Part shown: positions 10,378 through 20,655 of the stretch, piece by piece
Layout: each line of letters opens with the position of its first letter
How positions within the stretch are numbered: position 1 is the first letter of the stretch
Source of the DNA: Candidatus Hermodarchaeota archaeon
GTDB lineage: Archaea > Asgardarchaeota > Lokiarchaeia > Sigyniarchaeales > SOKP01
Length of the DNA: 64,000 nt
NCBI GenBank assembly: GCA_048885925.1
Contig: JBHLLG010000003.1
Location: 1 to 64,000, forward strand
Direction of reading: 5' to 3'
Position numbers and translations under genes: made by a program
The notes under the pieces: generated by a model
What the model saw: the letters and a program-made list of their open reading frames with translations, nothing else
Told to the model about the DNA's origin: nothing
Databases searched by the model: none

Positions 10378-11574
10378 ATGATTTGGGACCCATTAGAGAA
10401 GATGTTATTAGGGATTGCCATAGTACTCGCTTTTTTGTATATTTTATTATATTTGAACAAGGGAAGGCATAGAGATAATTCTAAGGAAAAGTTAATTTTT
10501 TATGGTTTCACCAGTCTAGGTGTAGGGTTAGCATCATCATTAATTATAGGATTTTACATCCATCTTCAATTGCCTGGACATTTTATTAATCTTACGTTTT
10601 ATGGAGATATGTATTACACAAATTGGGAACTAGAAATACTCAGGAGATTATGGCTAGTTTGTTATATGAGTGGATTTATTCCATTCTTTTATGCTTATGA
10701 GATAAATCAAAAGCGCACCAAGTTTTTACTTACGATAATTCAAGTGTCTTTAATTATTCTCATTTTTATTTCGCCCTATAATGTATTAGATCCTAGAGAT
10801 CCGGTTTCATTTCTTGCTTTTAATTATGCCTCCTTGTTATCATATATAATCTTACTTCAATATACAAAATGGGCTAGTAATGAGCATAAAATAATTGCTT
10901 TATTTATGTTTCTTTCATTTGTTTTAATTGGGAAAGGCATCTCATATTCTCTTCCAGAAATAAACTCTCTTAATGTAATACCTTTATTTATATCCCCCTT
11001 ATTTTTAATCCTTGGTTTCATAATGGGAATTATTCCCCTCTTATTTACTCCCTCTAATTATTCACATACTTATTTCTATTGGAGATTGTTTGTATATATT
11101 TATATTATTTTTGGATTAATTGAATTCGTTACTTTTTTGTTTATGGGAATTCCTGTAAACAGTGTAATAGCATTAGTTTTTAGTATTTTTATTTCTATAT
11201 ATATGCTTTTTTATACAAACAAAAAACTTAAACCTCAATTTTTAGGTAAAATCCCTTCAGTTGATGAAAAAGAAAGGCCAGATGTATTAAGTATACTTAC
11301 TAGACCCCAAAAAGTTACAGAAGAAGAAGTTACAATATCGAAAGAAAAAAAGATTTGTATCGTGTGTAAAGGTAAAGTAGGGAGAAAAAACATATATCTT
11401 TGTCCAGATTGTGATACTTTTTATTGTCTAAAATGTTCTAATACGCTAATTACTTTAGAAAATGCATGTTGGGTATGTAATACTCCAATAGATCCATTAA
11501 AACCTGTAAAATTGTATAAAAAAGAAGAAGATGATTTTATTAAAAATATATCCTTTGAGAAAAGTAAAGAATAG
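10378..11574 (+). CDS. Polytopic membrane protein with C-terminal C4C4 zinc finger
   Basis: ~9 hydrophobic segments followed by CIVC-CPDC-CLKC-CWVC. Confidence 0.75.
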   Translation: MIWDPLEKMLLGIAIVLAFLYILLYLNKGRHRDNSKEKLIFYGFTSLGVGLASSLIIGFYIHLQLPGHFINLTFYGDMYYTNWELEILRRLWLVCYMSGFIPFFYAYEINQKRTKFLLTIIQVSLIILIFISPYNVLDPRDPVSFLAFNYASLLSYIILLQYTKWASNEHKIIALFMFLSFVLIGKGISYSLPEINSLNVIPLFISPLFLILGFIMGIIPLLFTPSNYSHTYFYWRLFVYIYIIFGLIEFVTFLFMGIPVNSVIALVFSIFISIYMLFYTNKKLKPQFLGKIPSVDEKERPDVLSILTRPQKVTEEEVTISKEKKICIVCKGKVGRKNIYLCPDCDTFYCLKCSNTLITLENACWVCNTPIDPLKPVKLYKKEEDDFIKNISFEKSKE

Positions 11575-11656
11575 CAGGTAGTAAATGCCCTTATATAAAA
11601 TCCTAGATATTCTTGCTAAACTTTCACGATATAAATTCTTGTATTAAAATCAAAAA

Positions 11657-14569
11657 TTAAAAGAAAGCATCCATTTTTTTAATACCTTTAATTTCTTCAT
11701 ATGTGATACCCAATGCATCTAAAACTTGTTCCAAGGCAGATATTAAAAGTTCTTTGTATTTTGCTGTATCTATATCTTGAAGTTTAGCAAGTTCAAGCGC
11801 CTTTGCTCCGGTAGTACTCTTACTTTTAATAAAACTTATTGTTTCGCCTTTTTGAAATTCCTTGCCAGTAACTTCTTTTAATTCTAATGCTGCTCTGACA
11901 TGTTGAGGAACAACTTTCTTATAACTCTTAAGATCCTTCTGTAAAGCAATATTAATAGCATAGTCCTCTAGAGTAAAGGTATTAGGCTTTCCTATTTTCT
12001 TTAAGTTTTCTCTCACAATTTCGATGATTTTATCCTTAGCTTTCGAAAATTCATTGACATTTTTAATATTTTTTAGGATTTCAATCATCTCACTGAAAGC
12101 TTTTTTAATAAATTCAGGTGTATTTTTCTTTTTCGCAACAAGCCCTTTTATATCGACATATTTGGTATCTTTATAAATGCCAATATAGTTTTTCTTTCTT
12201 TCGGAGAGGGCAAGAAATTGATAAGTCTTTTCCTCCTCTAAATCAAGATCTAATTCTTTTTTACTCCAGTCTGAAATTTGTTTCATATGGTCTTTTGTAG
12301 GGTTTAAAAGAAAAACTGAATCCGTATCTCCATACAATACTTTTACTCCAATATCTTCTGACTTTTTGATTGTCTGTTTTATAGAATATTGTCCTATTGC
12401 TGTTGTACTTTCAGCTACAGGAAGACAAAATAGAGGGAAATTCTGAGATCCGAAGACACCATATGAGCCATTGATAAAAACCTTAAGTGCTTGTTGAATT
12501 GTTTCATAATAACTTCTCTGTTTTGGCGTTGAAGTTTTATTACTGGATTTAGGTTTAAAATATTTTACCCTTATATCCCGAAAAAATCCAACTACATAAG
12601 CAAAAATGCCCATCTTATGAGTACATGTATAATATGGACTGCCTTTTAATAAGTTATCTTGGCAATCTTTGTGTGGACATACTACCGTTTCATATGAGAG
12701 ATTATATTCTTTAATAATAGAGGGATACAGACTTGCAAAATCCATAACTACAACATCAAAATGAATACCTGGAACTGGTTGAACAACGTATGCACCTGCA
12801 AAACTTTTTCCTTCTACAACTGATTTAGAATAACCCCCCGATTTTAATTCTGCAATTTCAGATCGCCGAGGAATAAGATAATTGTTACGTCTATGTTCAA
12901 AATAAAAAATATTTTGAATCCATGTTGAGATTTGACGTCTCACCGTTTCATGAATAGGCATCTTGGTGATCCGACATAATATTATGATTAAATTCCAAAC
13001 TAATGAATTGTTAAATTTTGTTAACTCTAAAGTTAAAATAGAATCTTTAAGATTATACCAAGAGAGAATATCATATTCCATTTCATGAATTTCTTCTTCA
13101 TGTTCATACTTCTTTCTCCCTAATAAAGCATCACTGATCGCATTTAATGAACTGCTTTCATATACTCCACCGAATGCATATCCGGAGATACTCCGATTAA
13201 AGAAGAAATTAAATAGATCAATATGAATTCCTTTTCTTAAATCACAATCTGATGCTGATAAGAACCCGAATCCTCTTTTAATGTGGATTGGATTTAAATC
13301 TTTAGGTATTTTTAATTTATCTGCTCTATGAAACATGTAGTTTAAGTCAAAATTATCCCCATTGAAAGTAATAATTACAGGATATTCCCAAAGAATGCGA
13401 AATGTTTCAATCAATAGCTCCTTTTCATTTTTAAAGAAAATTATTTTAGCATCAGAAGGGAACTTTTGATGGAGTCCACGATATACAAAGCCATCTCGTT
13501 CTAATACATGAACTAATTTCAATCCATCTGAAGACACGAAGGATACACTTATAATTTCCTGATTAGCTAAACGCGGATCGGGAATGATAAAATCTTCTGA
13601 TCCTAAACTTACTTCAATATCCATTGCTAGTCTTTTGACATCTGGAATTGGAGTTAAAAATATATCTAAAAACTTTTCCGAAAATTCTTGAATTTCTTGG
13701 GATTCTCCCTTGAATAAAGTACGTAGTTCCATTGCCATTTTCTTAGTTTCTTCTGAATCCTCTTCAAAACTTAATTTTTTAATTTGACCCCCTTTTATAT
13801 TATAAATCAAACCAGGAATTAATTGCCTATCGAAAATATAGTTTAAATGATACCGAATATCTGCTTCCCAAGCTTTTATATTTTGTTTTCCTAAAATATT
13901 TCTAATATTTGTACCAGATCCTCCAATATCCGAAGGGGTTTTACCATAGATTTTTGTCATTGAGATTGTTTTATCTGTTAATAAATCATTTTTCTCAATT
14001 TTTTCGAACCGAGTAAAACCTTCATAATCTGTTAATTCTACCATCTTTTGTAAATCAGTTATAGACTTTTTGCTTAGACAGTAAGGTTCATGGTCAGTTG
14101 TATCAATCCAAATCTTTATATCATCAGTTTCCAAATCATAAAATTTACAATAAGCTTTATTTTGTCCACCATCATAATCCACATCAAGTAATAATCCTCG
14201 TCCTAAATCTTCAACAATTTCGTTTTTTTCAATGAGATATCGAATATACTTTGATGAAACATTTTCTCGTAAGACCTTAGGTAATTTTATAATTCCTTCT
14301 TTTAAACCAAAAGGTTCGTCATTTCCCTTAAAAAACAAGTTTGGAGGTATTTCTTTAGTTATTTTTTCTGTTTTGGGGGGTGGTACTTTCTTTTCCTGTT
14401 CTTTTATAGCTTTAGGTTCACTTTTAGGCTTTTCTTCTTTAACTTTCTTCGATTTTACTACTTTTGATGCTTGTTTCGACTCTTTTTTTTTCTGCTCTTT
14501 TTCATCAACAAAGGAAAAAAGCGAAGTTTGTTCCTTATCACTTAACTTTTTCTTTTTTGGAGGTGGCAT
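11657..14569 (-). CDS. polB: Family B DNA polymerase (PolB1-like), intact exonuclease and polymerase motifs
   Basis: DIE, FNGDNFD, YNLKD, DFASLYPS, KVFINGSYG, YGDTDS. Confidence 0.95.
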   Translation of the reverse strand: MPPPKKKKLSDKEQTSLFSFVDEKEQKKKESKQASKVVKSKKVKEEKPKSEPKAIKEQEKKVPPPKTEKITKEIPPNLFFKGNDEPFGLKEGIIKLPKVLRENVSSKYIRYLIEKNEIVEDLGRGLLLDVDYDGGQNKAYCKFYDLETDDIKIWIDTTDHEPYCLSKKSITDLQKMVELTDYEGFTRFEKIEKNDLLTDKTISMTKIYGKTPSDIGGSGTNIRNILGKQNIKAWEADIRYHLNYIFDRQLIPGLIYNIKGGQIKKLSFEEDSEETKKMAMELRTLFKGESQEIQEFSEKFLDIFLTPIPDVKRLAMDIEVSLGSEDFIIPDPRLANQEIISVSFVSSDGLKLVHVLERDGFVYRGLHQKFPSDAKIIFFKNEKELLIETFRILWEYPVIITFNGDNFDLNYMFHRADKLKIPKDLNPIHIKRGFGFLSASDCDLRKGIHIDLFNFFFNRSISGYAFGGVYESSSLNAISDALLGRKKYEHEEEIHEMEYDILSWYNLKDSILTLELTKFNNSLVWNLIIILCRITKMPIHETVRRQISTWIQNIFYFEHRRNNYLIPRRSEIAELKSGGYSKSVVEGKSFAGAYVVQPVPGIHFDVVVMDFASLYPSIIKEYNLSYETVVCPHKDCQDNLLKGSPYYTCTHKMGIFAYVVGFFRDIRVKYFKPKSSNKTSTPKQRSYYETIQQALKVFINGSYGVFGSQNFPLFCLPVAESTTAIGQYSIKQTIKKSEDIGVKVLYGDTDSVFLLNPTKDHMKQISDWSKKELDLDLEEEKTYQFLALSERKKNYIGIYKDTKYVDIKGLVAKKKNTPEFIKKAFSEMIEILKNIKNVNEFSKAKDKIIEIVRENLKKIGKPNTFTLEDYAINIALQKDLKSYKKVVPQHVRAALELKEVTGKEFQKGETISFIKSKSTTGAKALELAKLQDIDTAKYKELLISALEQVLDALGITYEEIKGIKKMDAFF

Positions 14570-14720
14570 AAATGTCAGTAAAAAATAATATTTTAATGTC
14601 TAATATTAGTAATTATTATAATATTTATTATTATAGTCTCCCTTTAATAACTCCAAAATTAAATAACATGATAAATGGAAGTATTGCCTTGATTTCTGGA
14701 TATAAAAAAATCTGATATTA

Positions 14721-15065
14721 TTAACTATTATTTCTAATAAGGCTGGTAATTTCTTTTAATAGAAGTTCTTTTTCAGCTATGTACCAATCTAACTGGCTTT
14801 TACTAGGATTTTCATGATAGATAATTTCAGCAAGGTCTTTAATTTCTTCTTCAGTAGCAGTAATCAATTGACCATTAACATCTTCTCTTATTAAAAGAAT
14901 TAGATTATCTGTTTCAAGAGGTTTGATATCGTATCCATCTTTGATGTTTTTGTTAATGGTAACACATAATTCGGCAAGCCTCCAAACTGCCTTCTCAAGG
15001 GGTTGATTTTCTTTGTAAATCTTAAATGCAAGGGAGGTAACATCTTCTTTCGTAAACGGAGACAT
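14721..15065 (-). CDS. Hypothetical protein with two DUF2934-like repeats
   Basis: EDVTSLAFKIY...WRLAE and EEIKDLAEIIY...DWYIAE; GAGGTGA SD upstream. Confidence 0.6.
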   Translation of the reverse strand: MSPFTKEDVTSLAFKIYKENQPLEKAVWRLAELCVTINKNIKDGYDIKPLETDNLILLIREDVNGQLITATEEEIKDLAEIIYHENPSKSQLDWYIAEKELLLKEITSLIRNNS

Positions 15066-15255
15066 TTCTTTCAGTTCACCTCGGTTTTTTTTGTATACAT
15101 GTAAGAGTATTGGACGTTTTATTAATTGTTGATTAACAAAAAGATAAGTAAACTTATAATAATTTCCATTGATTTTTAAAAGCCTTCAAAACCACAAAAT
15201 TAAAAATTTAGAATATTTTCTTATAAATATAGAAAAACTTGATAAGCCTTTAACT

Positions 15256-15386
15256 GCCTCCGTAGCTTAAAAATAATGATAGGCGCTTTATTTGGCAAAG
15301 CGGTATAGCATTCGACTTGTAATCGGAAGGTCGGGGGTTCAAAAAGACATGCTCTTCGCAATCTTGAACAGATCCCCCCGGGGGCT
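15256..15386 (+). tRNA. tRNA-Thr(UGU) with two non-canonical introns (D-loop ~15270-15299; T-loop 15343-15371)
   Basis: Acceptor GCCTCCG/CGGGGGC, anticodon arm TTCGA-CTTGTAA-TCGGA, T-stem GGGGG/CCCCC, U73; removing the BHB-defined T-loop intron restores TTCAAAT. Confidence 0.9.
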
Positions 15387-15571
15387 TTACTTTATTGATA
15401 TTTAAGTTATCTTTCTCATTCTTGATTTCATAAATAATAATTAATCAAATGCTTTGCTTTTTTATAAATAGTATTAAAATGTATAATTCAATATTATGGG
15501 CATTTTATAATATCATTTATTAATTTCGAAGAATATGTAGATATCAACGGAAATGTGATTGGTGACATTAA

Positions 15572-17146
15572 ATAAATAAGATCAATAGAATCATACTTTG
15601 TATTATCGATGATATACGCGCGGAGCATCTTTTTAATAATATAAAAAAAGGATTACTCCCTAATTTAAGGAAATTAATGGAAAGGGGAATTTATTCGGAG
15701 AATTGTATTACGGATTTTCCGCCTATCACATACCCTACTCAGGTCTCGTTAATAACGGGCACATACACAGGAAATTTTAAGAAAGAACTATGTCATGGAG
15801 TACCGCTTTTAAATTGGATGGATCGCGATAAATCACCACCTTTATTAAGAGAATATGGTGCGAAAGATTTACAAATCTATAAAATTAATAATGATATGGG
15901 GAGCAATTGTCAGACAATTCTTGAAATGGTGGGAGATGGTAATAAAGCAAGTATAGCTCAATTTATTAATAGAGGGTCTAATTATGTTTTTCCTGAGCGA
16001 AAGACAAAACTTGCTATGTTTTATCTTCTTTTGAAATATTTCCCTGGTGTAAAAAGGAGAATGATTAGATCCAATTCAGTAATTGCACAAAAATTAATTG
16101 AAGTTTTCAAAAAGCCAAAGAAATTTTTTGGTAATTCAGAACCACCTATTGCTTCTTTACTTTGGTTTATATCTTCTGATTTGTTGATGCATAAATTTGG
16201 TTTTGATTCAAATATATATAAATTGAATTTAATTCATATTGACAAAGTTATAGGAGTTCTTGTTGATACGTTAAAGAGAATGGGTTATCTAAAAGACACA
16301 GCAATAGCGATCACTTCAGATCATGGTAATTATAAAGTGAATAAAGTTGGTAATTTAAATTATTTTCTAAAGCAAAATAGATTGACAAATTATCATCCTC
16401 TCAGAAATTCAAAAGGCAATATGGATCTTGCATACTATTCCGGTGTAGGATTCTTTAATTTTAGAGGTATTAACAATTCAAAATTTGAAAACGCTTGGTC
16501 CCATCCTAGAATTAAAGAGCTTGAGAATTTTGGTCCGAAGAGAATAAATCTATTAAATCAATTATTCAAAATTAATGGAAGTCATTTAATGTATTATAGA
16601 GATGATGAAAACACCCATAATAGAGGTACAATTTATCTTAAAAGAAAAATTAAAGAGACAGGAAAAGTAATAAGAGGGAGGATTGAGTATGAGGGCAATG
16701 GTATAGATTATAAAACTCGCTATATATCAGAAAACAATGATAATGATATTTTTAATTTTATTAATGATGATAGGGCATATCGACTATTGGATAATAAATT
16801 TCATACAACTCAAGAATGGTTAGCTGGAACATATCATCTTGATTATTCTTTGCATCCAGATTTAATACCTCGTCAATTAAAAAATCCCAGGAGTGCTGAT
16901 ATAATTCTAAGTAATGATGAAACTATAAAATTTGGCATTCATCATGGAAAGCAAAAAAGTAAAAATCTTTATGATCACGATGTAGGCCTAAAGAAATGCA
17001 TGGTTGTTCCATTAATAATAGGTGGTTCTCTTGAGATTCCTCATAAAGAGATTCTTTACTGCAAAATAACAGATATAACCCCAACATTGGTTAAATTAAT
17101 AGGAAAAACACCGCATCATAGTATTATCGGTCAGAGTTTAATTTAA
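15572..17146 (+). CDS. Alkaline phosphatase superfamily / nucleotide pyrophosphatase-like protein (start extended upstream of the ORF-track ATG 15677)
   Basis: Upstream in-frame RIILCIIDDIR metal-binding motif; PPITYP, DLLMH, TSDHG, YDH motifs. Confidence 0.75.
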   Translation: MNKINRIILCIIDDIRAEHLFNNIKKGLLPNLRKLMERGIYSENCITDFPPITYPTQVSLITGTYTGNFKKELCHGVPLLNWMDRDKSPPLLREYGAKDLQIYKINNDMGSNCQTILEMVGDGNKASIAQFINRGSNYVFPERKTKLAMFYLLLKYFPGVKRRMIRSNSVIAQKLIEVFKKPKKFFGNSEPPIASLLWFISSDLLMHKFGFDSNIYKLNLIHIDKVIGVLVDTLKRMGYLKDTAIAITSDHGNYKVNKVGNLNYFLKQNRLTNYHPLRNSKGNMDLAYYSGVGFFNFRGINNSKFENAWSHPRIKELENFGPKRINLLNQLFKINGSHLMYYRDDENTHNRGTIYLKRKIKETGKVIRGRIEYEGNGIDYKTRYISENNDNDIFNFINDDRAYRLLDNKFHTTQEWLAGTYHLDYSLHPDLIPRQLKNPRSADIILSNDETIKFGIHHGKQKSKNLYDHDVGLKKCMVVPLIIGGSLEIPHKEILYCKITDITPTLVKLIGKTPHHSIIGQSLI

Positions 17147-17296
17147 TTCCAATTAGCCTCTAAATTCTTTTTTTAAATTATTTTTCATTTAATAATGAAA
17201 AATTTTTATTAATTTGAAGAAGGTCAATATATTGAACTATATATTCTAATTAGAGTTTAATAGAAAATAATTATATATAAATAAATATTAGGATAT

Positions 17297-17977
17297 TTGA
17301 TGGAAGATATTGATCTTAATGAAGTTGAAGATAAAAAGCTTGCTAAATTAAGCATTGATGAATTAACACGTTTATTCTCGGAAAATATTAATGAACAGAC
17401 TTTAAGGTTAATTGAAGGAATTGAATTTCTTGTAGATGAGAATTTTGAAAAATTTATGGAAAATATGAAATACGTTATCAAAACCAATACAGAGGTTCAG
17501 GTAAAAAAAACATTTGAATCAAAGATTTTCAAGTCAAAATTAATGTTTTCTAAAGCAGATAGATTAAAATTATTTAATAAAATAAATGATATAAAAAATA
17601 TAGGGGAATTTTTAGCAAATAAAATGCTTCTTTACAGAGTAGTATTCCCCGATGATACATTTAAACTACAGGTATTAGATATCCTTAAATCTTTAAGAAT
17701 TATCTCTAATGAGATTTCTGAAGCAGTAAAATTAATTGGATCTGATCTAAGTAAAGCACATGATGTCTGTGAAAAAATAAAAGAAGAAAGAAGATCAATG
17801 AGAAAAAAAGAATGGAAACTAATAAATCGTTTATACAATTATGATATGGATTATTTGTCTAGAACTTTCTTATATCTTAAGGAATTAATTGAAACTATAA
17901 TGATGCTTGCGGATCACATTAAAAACTTCTCCGAATATATTCAATTTCTTGCTACAAAATATCTAATTTTTGATTAA
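17297..17977 (+). CDS. DUF47/PhoU-like phosphate transport regulator (divergent)
   Basis: Helical protein with ADRLKL and LADHIKN patterns; overlaps the start of the PiT ORF. Confidence 0.7.
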   Translation: MMEDIDLNEVEDKKLAKLSIDELTRLFSENINEQTLRLIEGIEFLVDENFEKFMENMKYVIKTNTEVQVKKTFESKIFKSKLMFSKADRLKLFNKINDIKNIGEFLANKMLLYRVVFPDDTFKLQVLDILKSLRIISNEISEAVKLIGSDLSKAHDVCEKIKEERRSMRKKEWKLINRLYNYDMDYLSRTFLYLKELIETIMMLADHIKNFSEYIQFLATKYLIFD

Positions 17978-19031
17978 GAAATTATCGTTAATATTTATTA
18001 TGACTGCCCAGTTATCTACAATTCTAATTATAGTTTTAATAGTAATGGCAATCTCTCTTGCCTTTTCTATTGGTGCAAATGATGAAACACTTTCTGCATT
18101 AGTAGGGGCAGGAGTACTTAAATTTAGAATCGCGTTAATTGTTGGCGGTATTGCTATTGGGGCGGGTATGATTTTTTTTAGTGGAGGTTTTGTAGCAAAA
18201 ACCGTGGGTGCAGACATTTTAGGGGAGGGAATAACGTATACTACTTTTATGTTATTGACTGTTTTAATAAGCAGTATAATATGGTTAGTTGTTGGAAGTT
18301 TTGCTGGAATACCTTTAAGTAGTACACATTCATTGATTGGGAGTGTTTTTGGCGTTTTAATAGTATATGCATTATTTCAAGGTGATCTAAATCCCGAAAC
18401 TGCCTTGAATTGGACTAAATTAGGAAATGTTATCTTGAGCTGGTTTTTATCTCCATTATTTGGATTTTTAGTTACATTTGTATTATTCAAAGTGATTGCT
18501 AAATTTTATTTATCTCATTTAAAGGGATTAAATCAAATTGAGAAATCTGAAAGATATTTCAAGTGGATTTTACTAATATCAGTCATATTTGCTGAGATTT
18601 GGGTTGGTGCTAATTCTGGTGAAGCACTGGGGATTCTATACGGACTATTTGATAATGGTTCATTAAATATCGCGCAATATTTCTTTTATGCCGTAATTTG
18701 TGGAATTTTTGCAGGTATTGGAATTTATGTAGCTGCTCGTTATGTTATTAAAAATTTAGCATCTCAAATGATTGATACCCGTCCTAGTGAAGGTATTATA
18801 TTACAATCAAGCTCAGCTATAATTTTAATGGTTGCTACTATTTTTGGTTTACCCATATCCCATAGCCATGTTATTGTTTTTAGCATAATAGGGTTAAGTG
18901 TTGCACAGAAGAAAGAAGTTGATTACAGAGGATTAGGAAAGATGGGAATATTTTGGATTCTCACATTTCCTATTGCAGCTTTGTTGGCAGGATTGATTTA
19001 TTCGGGATTTATTTATTTTGGATTACCCTAA
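17970..19031 (+). CDS. pit: Inorganic phosphate transporter, PiT family (true start may be ATG 18000)
   Basis: GAND, GIPLSSTHSLIGS, GLPISHSH signature motifs. Confidence 0.92.
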   Translation: MIKKLSLIFIMTAQLSTILIIVLIVMAISLAFSIGANDETLSALVGAGVLKFRIALIVGGIAIGAGMIFFSGGFVAKTVGADILGEGITYTTFMLLTVLISSIIWLVVGSFAGIPLSSTHSLIGSVFGVLIVYALFQGDLNPETALNWTKLGNVILSWFLSPLFGFLVTFVLFKVIAKFYLSHLKGLNQIEKSERYFKWILLISVIFAEIWVGANSGEALGILYGLFDNGSLNIAQYFFYAVICGIFAGIGIYVAARYVIKNLASQMIDTRPSEGIILQSSSAIILMVATIFGLPISHSHVIVFSIIGLSVAQKKEVDYRGLGKMGIFWILTFPIAALLAGLIYSGFIYFGLP

Positions 19032-19106
19032 AATATTTATTATAGATTCATCTATATAGTCATATCATTAATTATTAGATTATATTAATTTAACAAAAAA
19101 TTTTTC

Positions 19107-19799
19107 GTGATTAACATGGGCTCCTTAATTGAATTTATGAAACGAAAGACAGCTGAAAATGTATTAGGAAAATCTATAAAACATGCTCAACAAGTTCAAA
19201 AATGTGTAAAGAAATTAAATGAAGGAGTACAACTTCTTTTGAAAACTAAAAAAGTTGAAAATTCTCATGCTATATTTCTTAATGTTGATGTTTTTGAAAG
19301 AGAAGCAGATAATATGAGAAGAGATATCATGAAAGATGTTTCGAGGGGAGAATTGAATCCTAGTGTGCGTACTGATTTATCACATTTAGTAAAAAGAATG
19401 GATGATGTTGCAAATTGTGCAACTGGAGTAGCTCGAAGAATTGATACTATCCCTGATAAATTTTGGGAACAAAGCAGTGAAGAAACTATAAACTTGATAA
19501 GTGAAATGATGAATAAATCCGTTATATGTGTTGAATTTTTAGATAAACTTTTAATTGATTTACTTGGAAATCGATCTCAAGTAAAAGAAATTGCAGCAAA
19601 AATTAATGATCTTGAACATCAAGTTGATGTACTCAATATAAAATTAAGAAGAAGTCTTCAACAAACTGATTATAAAGTTAATACATTTACCATTTTTACC
19701 GTTGGAATGACTATGAATATAATCGAAGCCATTTCTGATGCAATTGAAGCCGTAGCAGATTATATCCTAGTATTATTAACCAGTTCAGAGGCTCCATGA
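19107..19799 (+). CDS. DUF47 family phosphate transport regulator
   Basis: EREADNMRR, MDDVA, LEHQVD, IEAISDAIE. Confidence 0.88.
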   Translation: MINMGSLIEFMKRKTAENVLGKSIKHAQQVQKCVKKLNEGVQLLLKTKKVENSHAIFLNVDVFEREADNMRRDIMKDVSRGELNPSVRTDLSHLVKRMDDVANCATGVARRIDTIPDKFWEQSSEETINLISEMMNKSVICVEFLDKLLIDLLGNRSQVKEIAAKINDLEHQVDVLNIKLRRSLQQTDYKVNTFTIFTVGMTMNIIEAISDAIEAVADYILVLLTSSEAP

Positions 19800-19856
19800 T
19801 TAGAATTGTTAATCTACTCTTAGAAAATGATAATTAAAAAACACTTTTAAAATACT

Positions 19857-20483
19857 TTAGATTCCTGTATTATCTCGATTCAGTTTTTGTTTTTTCGAAT
19901 TTTGTTTTATAAGAATAATCGATTCTTCTCTCGCTTTGAGGAGAGATCTTTCACTAATTCCGTCCATTTCTTTGGATGGAAGAACCTTTTCTTTTAATAT
20001 TCTTTTAAATAGCAAATACTCCTCTTTTCTACTAATGAATGGATTAACTTTTTCCTCATGGATAAATTCTTCGAGAGTGATATTTTTTCCATTACAATTA
20101 CCTTCTGTAAGATCAAAACGGAAATCTTTATACACCAAAAAACAATGAACCATTGGAACATAAGGAATATCATATTTTTTCAGGATTTCTTGTGCTCCAC
20201 TAGAAATTTCTTCTGTGAGTTTATAGACACCCACATGTTTATATAATGGTATATTCAATTCTTCTGCCAAGCCACTGATTACAGCATGTTTGGAAGTACA
20301 AGAACCTTTATTCTCTTTAAAAAAAATCATCTCGTCATCATAATCACTATTAAACCCATATTCAACATTATGAACGTAATCACAAGCCTCTCTGAATGAT
20401 GAAATTCCAAGTTCTAAAAATTTTTTTGATATTTTTCCTTTATCTTCAATTTCGGCGTTTGGTATTTTATTATAAGAATCCAT
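19857..20483 (-). CDS. Hypothetical protein, transglutaminase/papain-like fold candidate
   Basis: GSCTSKH...HCFL...DLT putative Cys-His-Asp triad. Confidence 0.55.
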   Translation of the reverse strand: MDSYNKIPNAEIEDKGKISKKFLELGISSFREACDYVHNVEYGFNSDYDDEMIFFKENKGSCTSKHAVISGLAEELNIPLYKHVGVYKLTEEISSGAQEILKKYDIPYVPMVHCFLVYKDFRFDLTEGNCNGKNITLEEFIHEEKVNPFISRKEEYLLFKRILKEKVLPSKEMDGISERSLLKAREESIILIKQNSKKQKLNRDNTGI

Positions 20484-20655
20484 TAAAATCTTCTTAGGTT
20501 TATCAATTATATACTATTCATACATAATTGCATAGTTTAAAAAAGTATTTTTAAATAATTATTAGGAAAGATCTAATTTGTTTTTTCTAAAAGAGTAATT
20601 TTATAAGATGAATTTATATTCTAAAAGAATATTCTTAGCTCTAATTTTTATTTAT

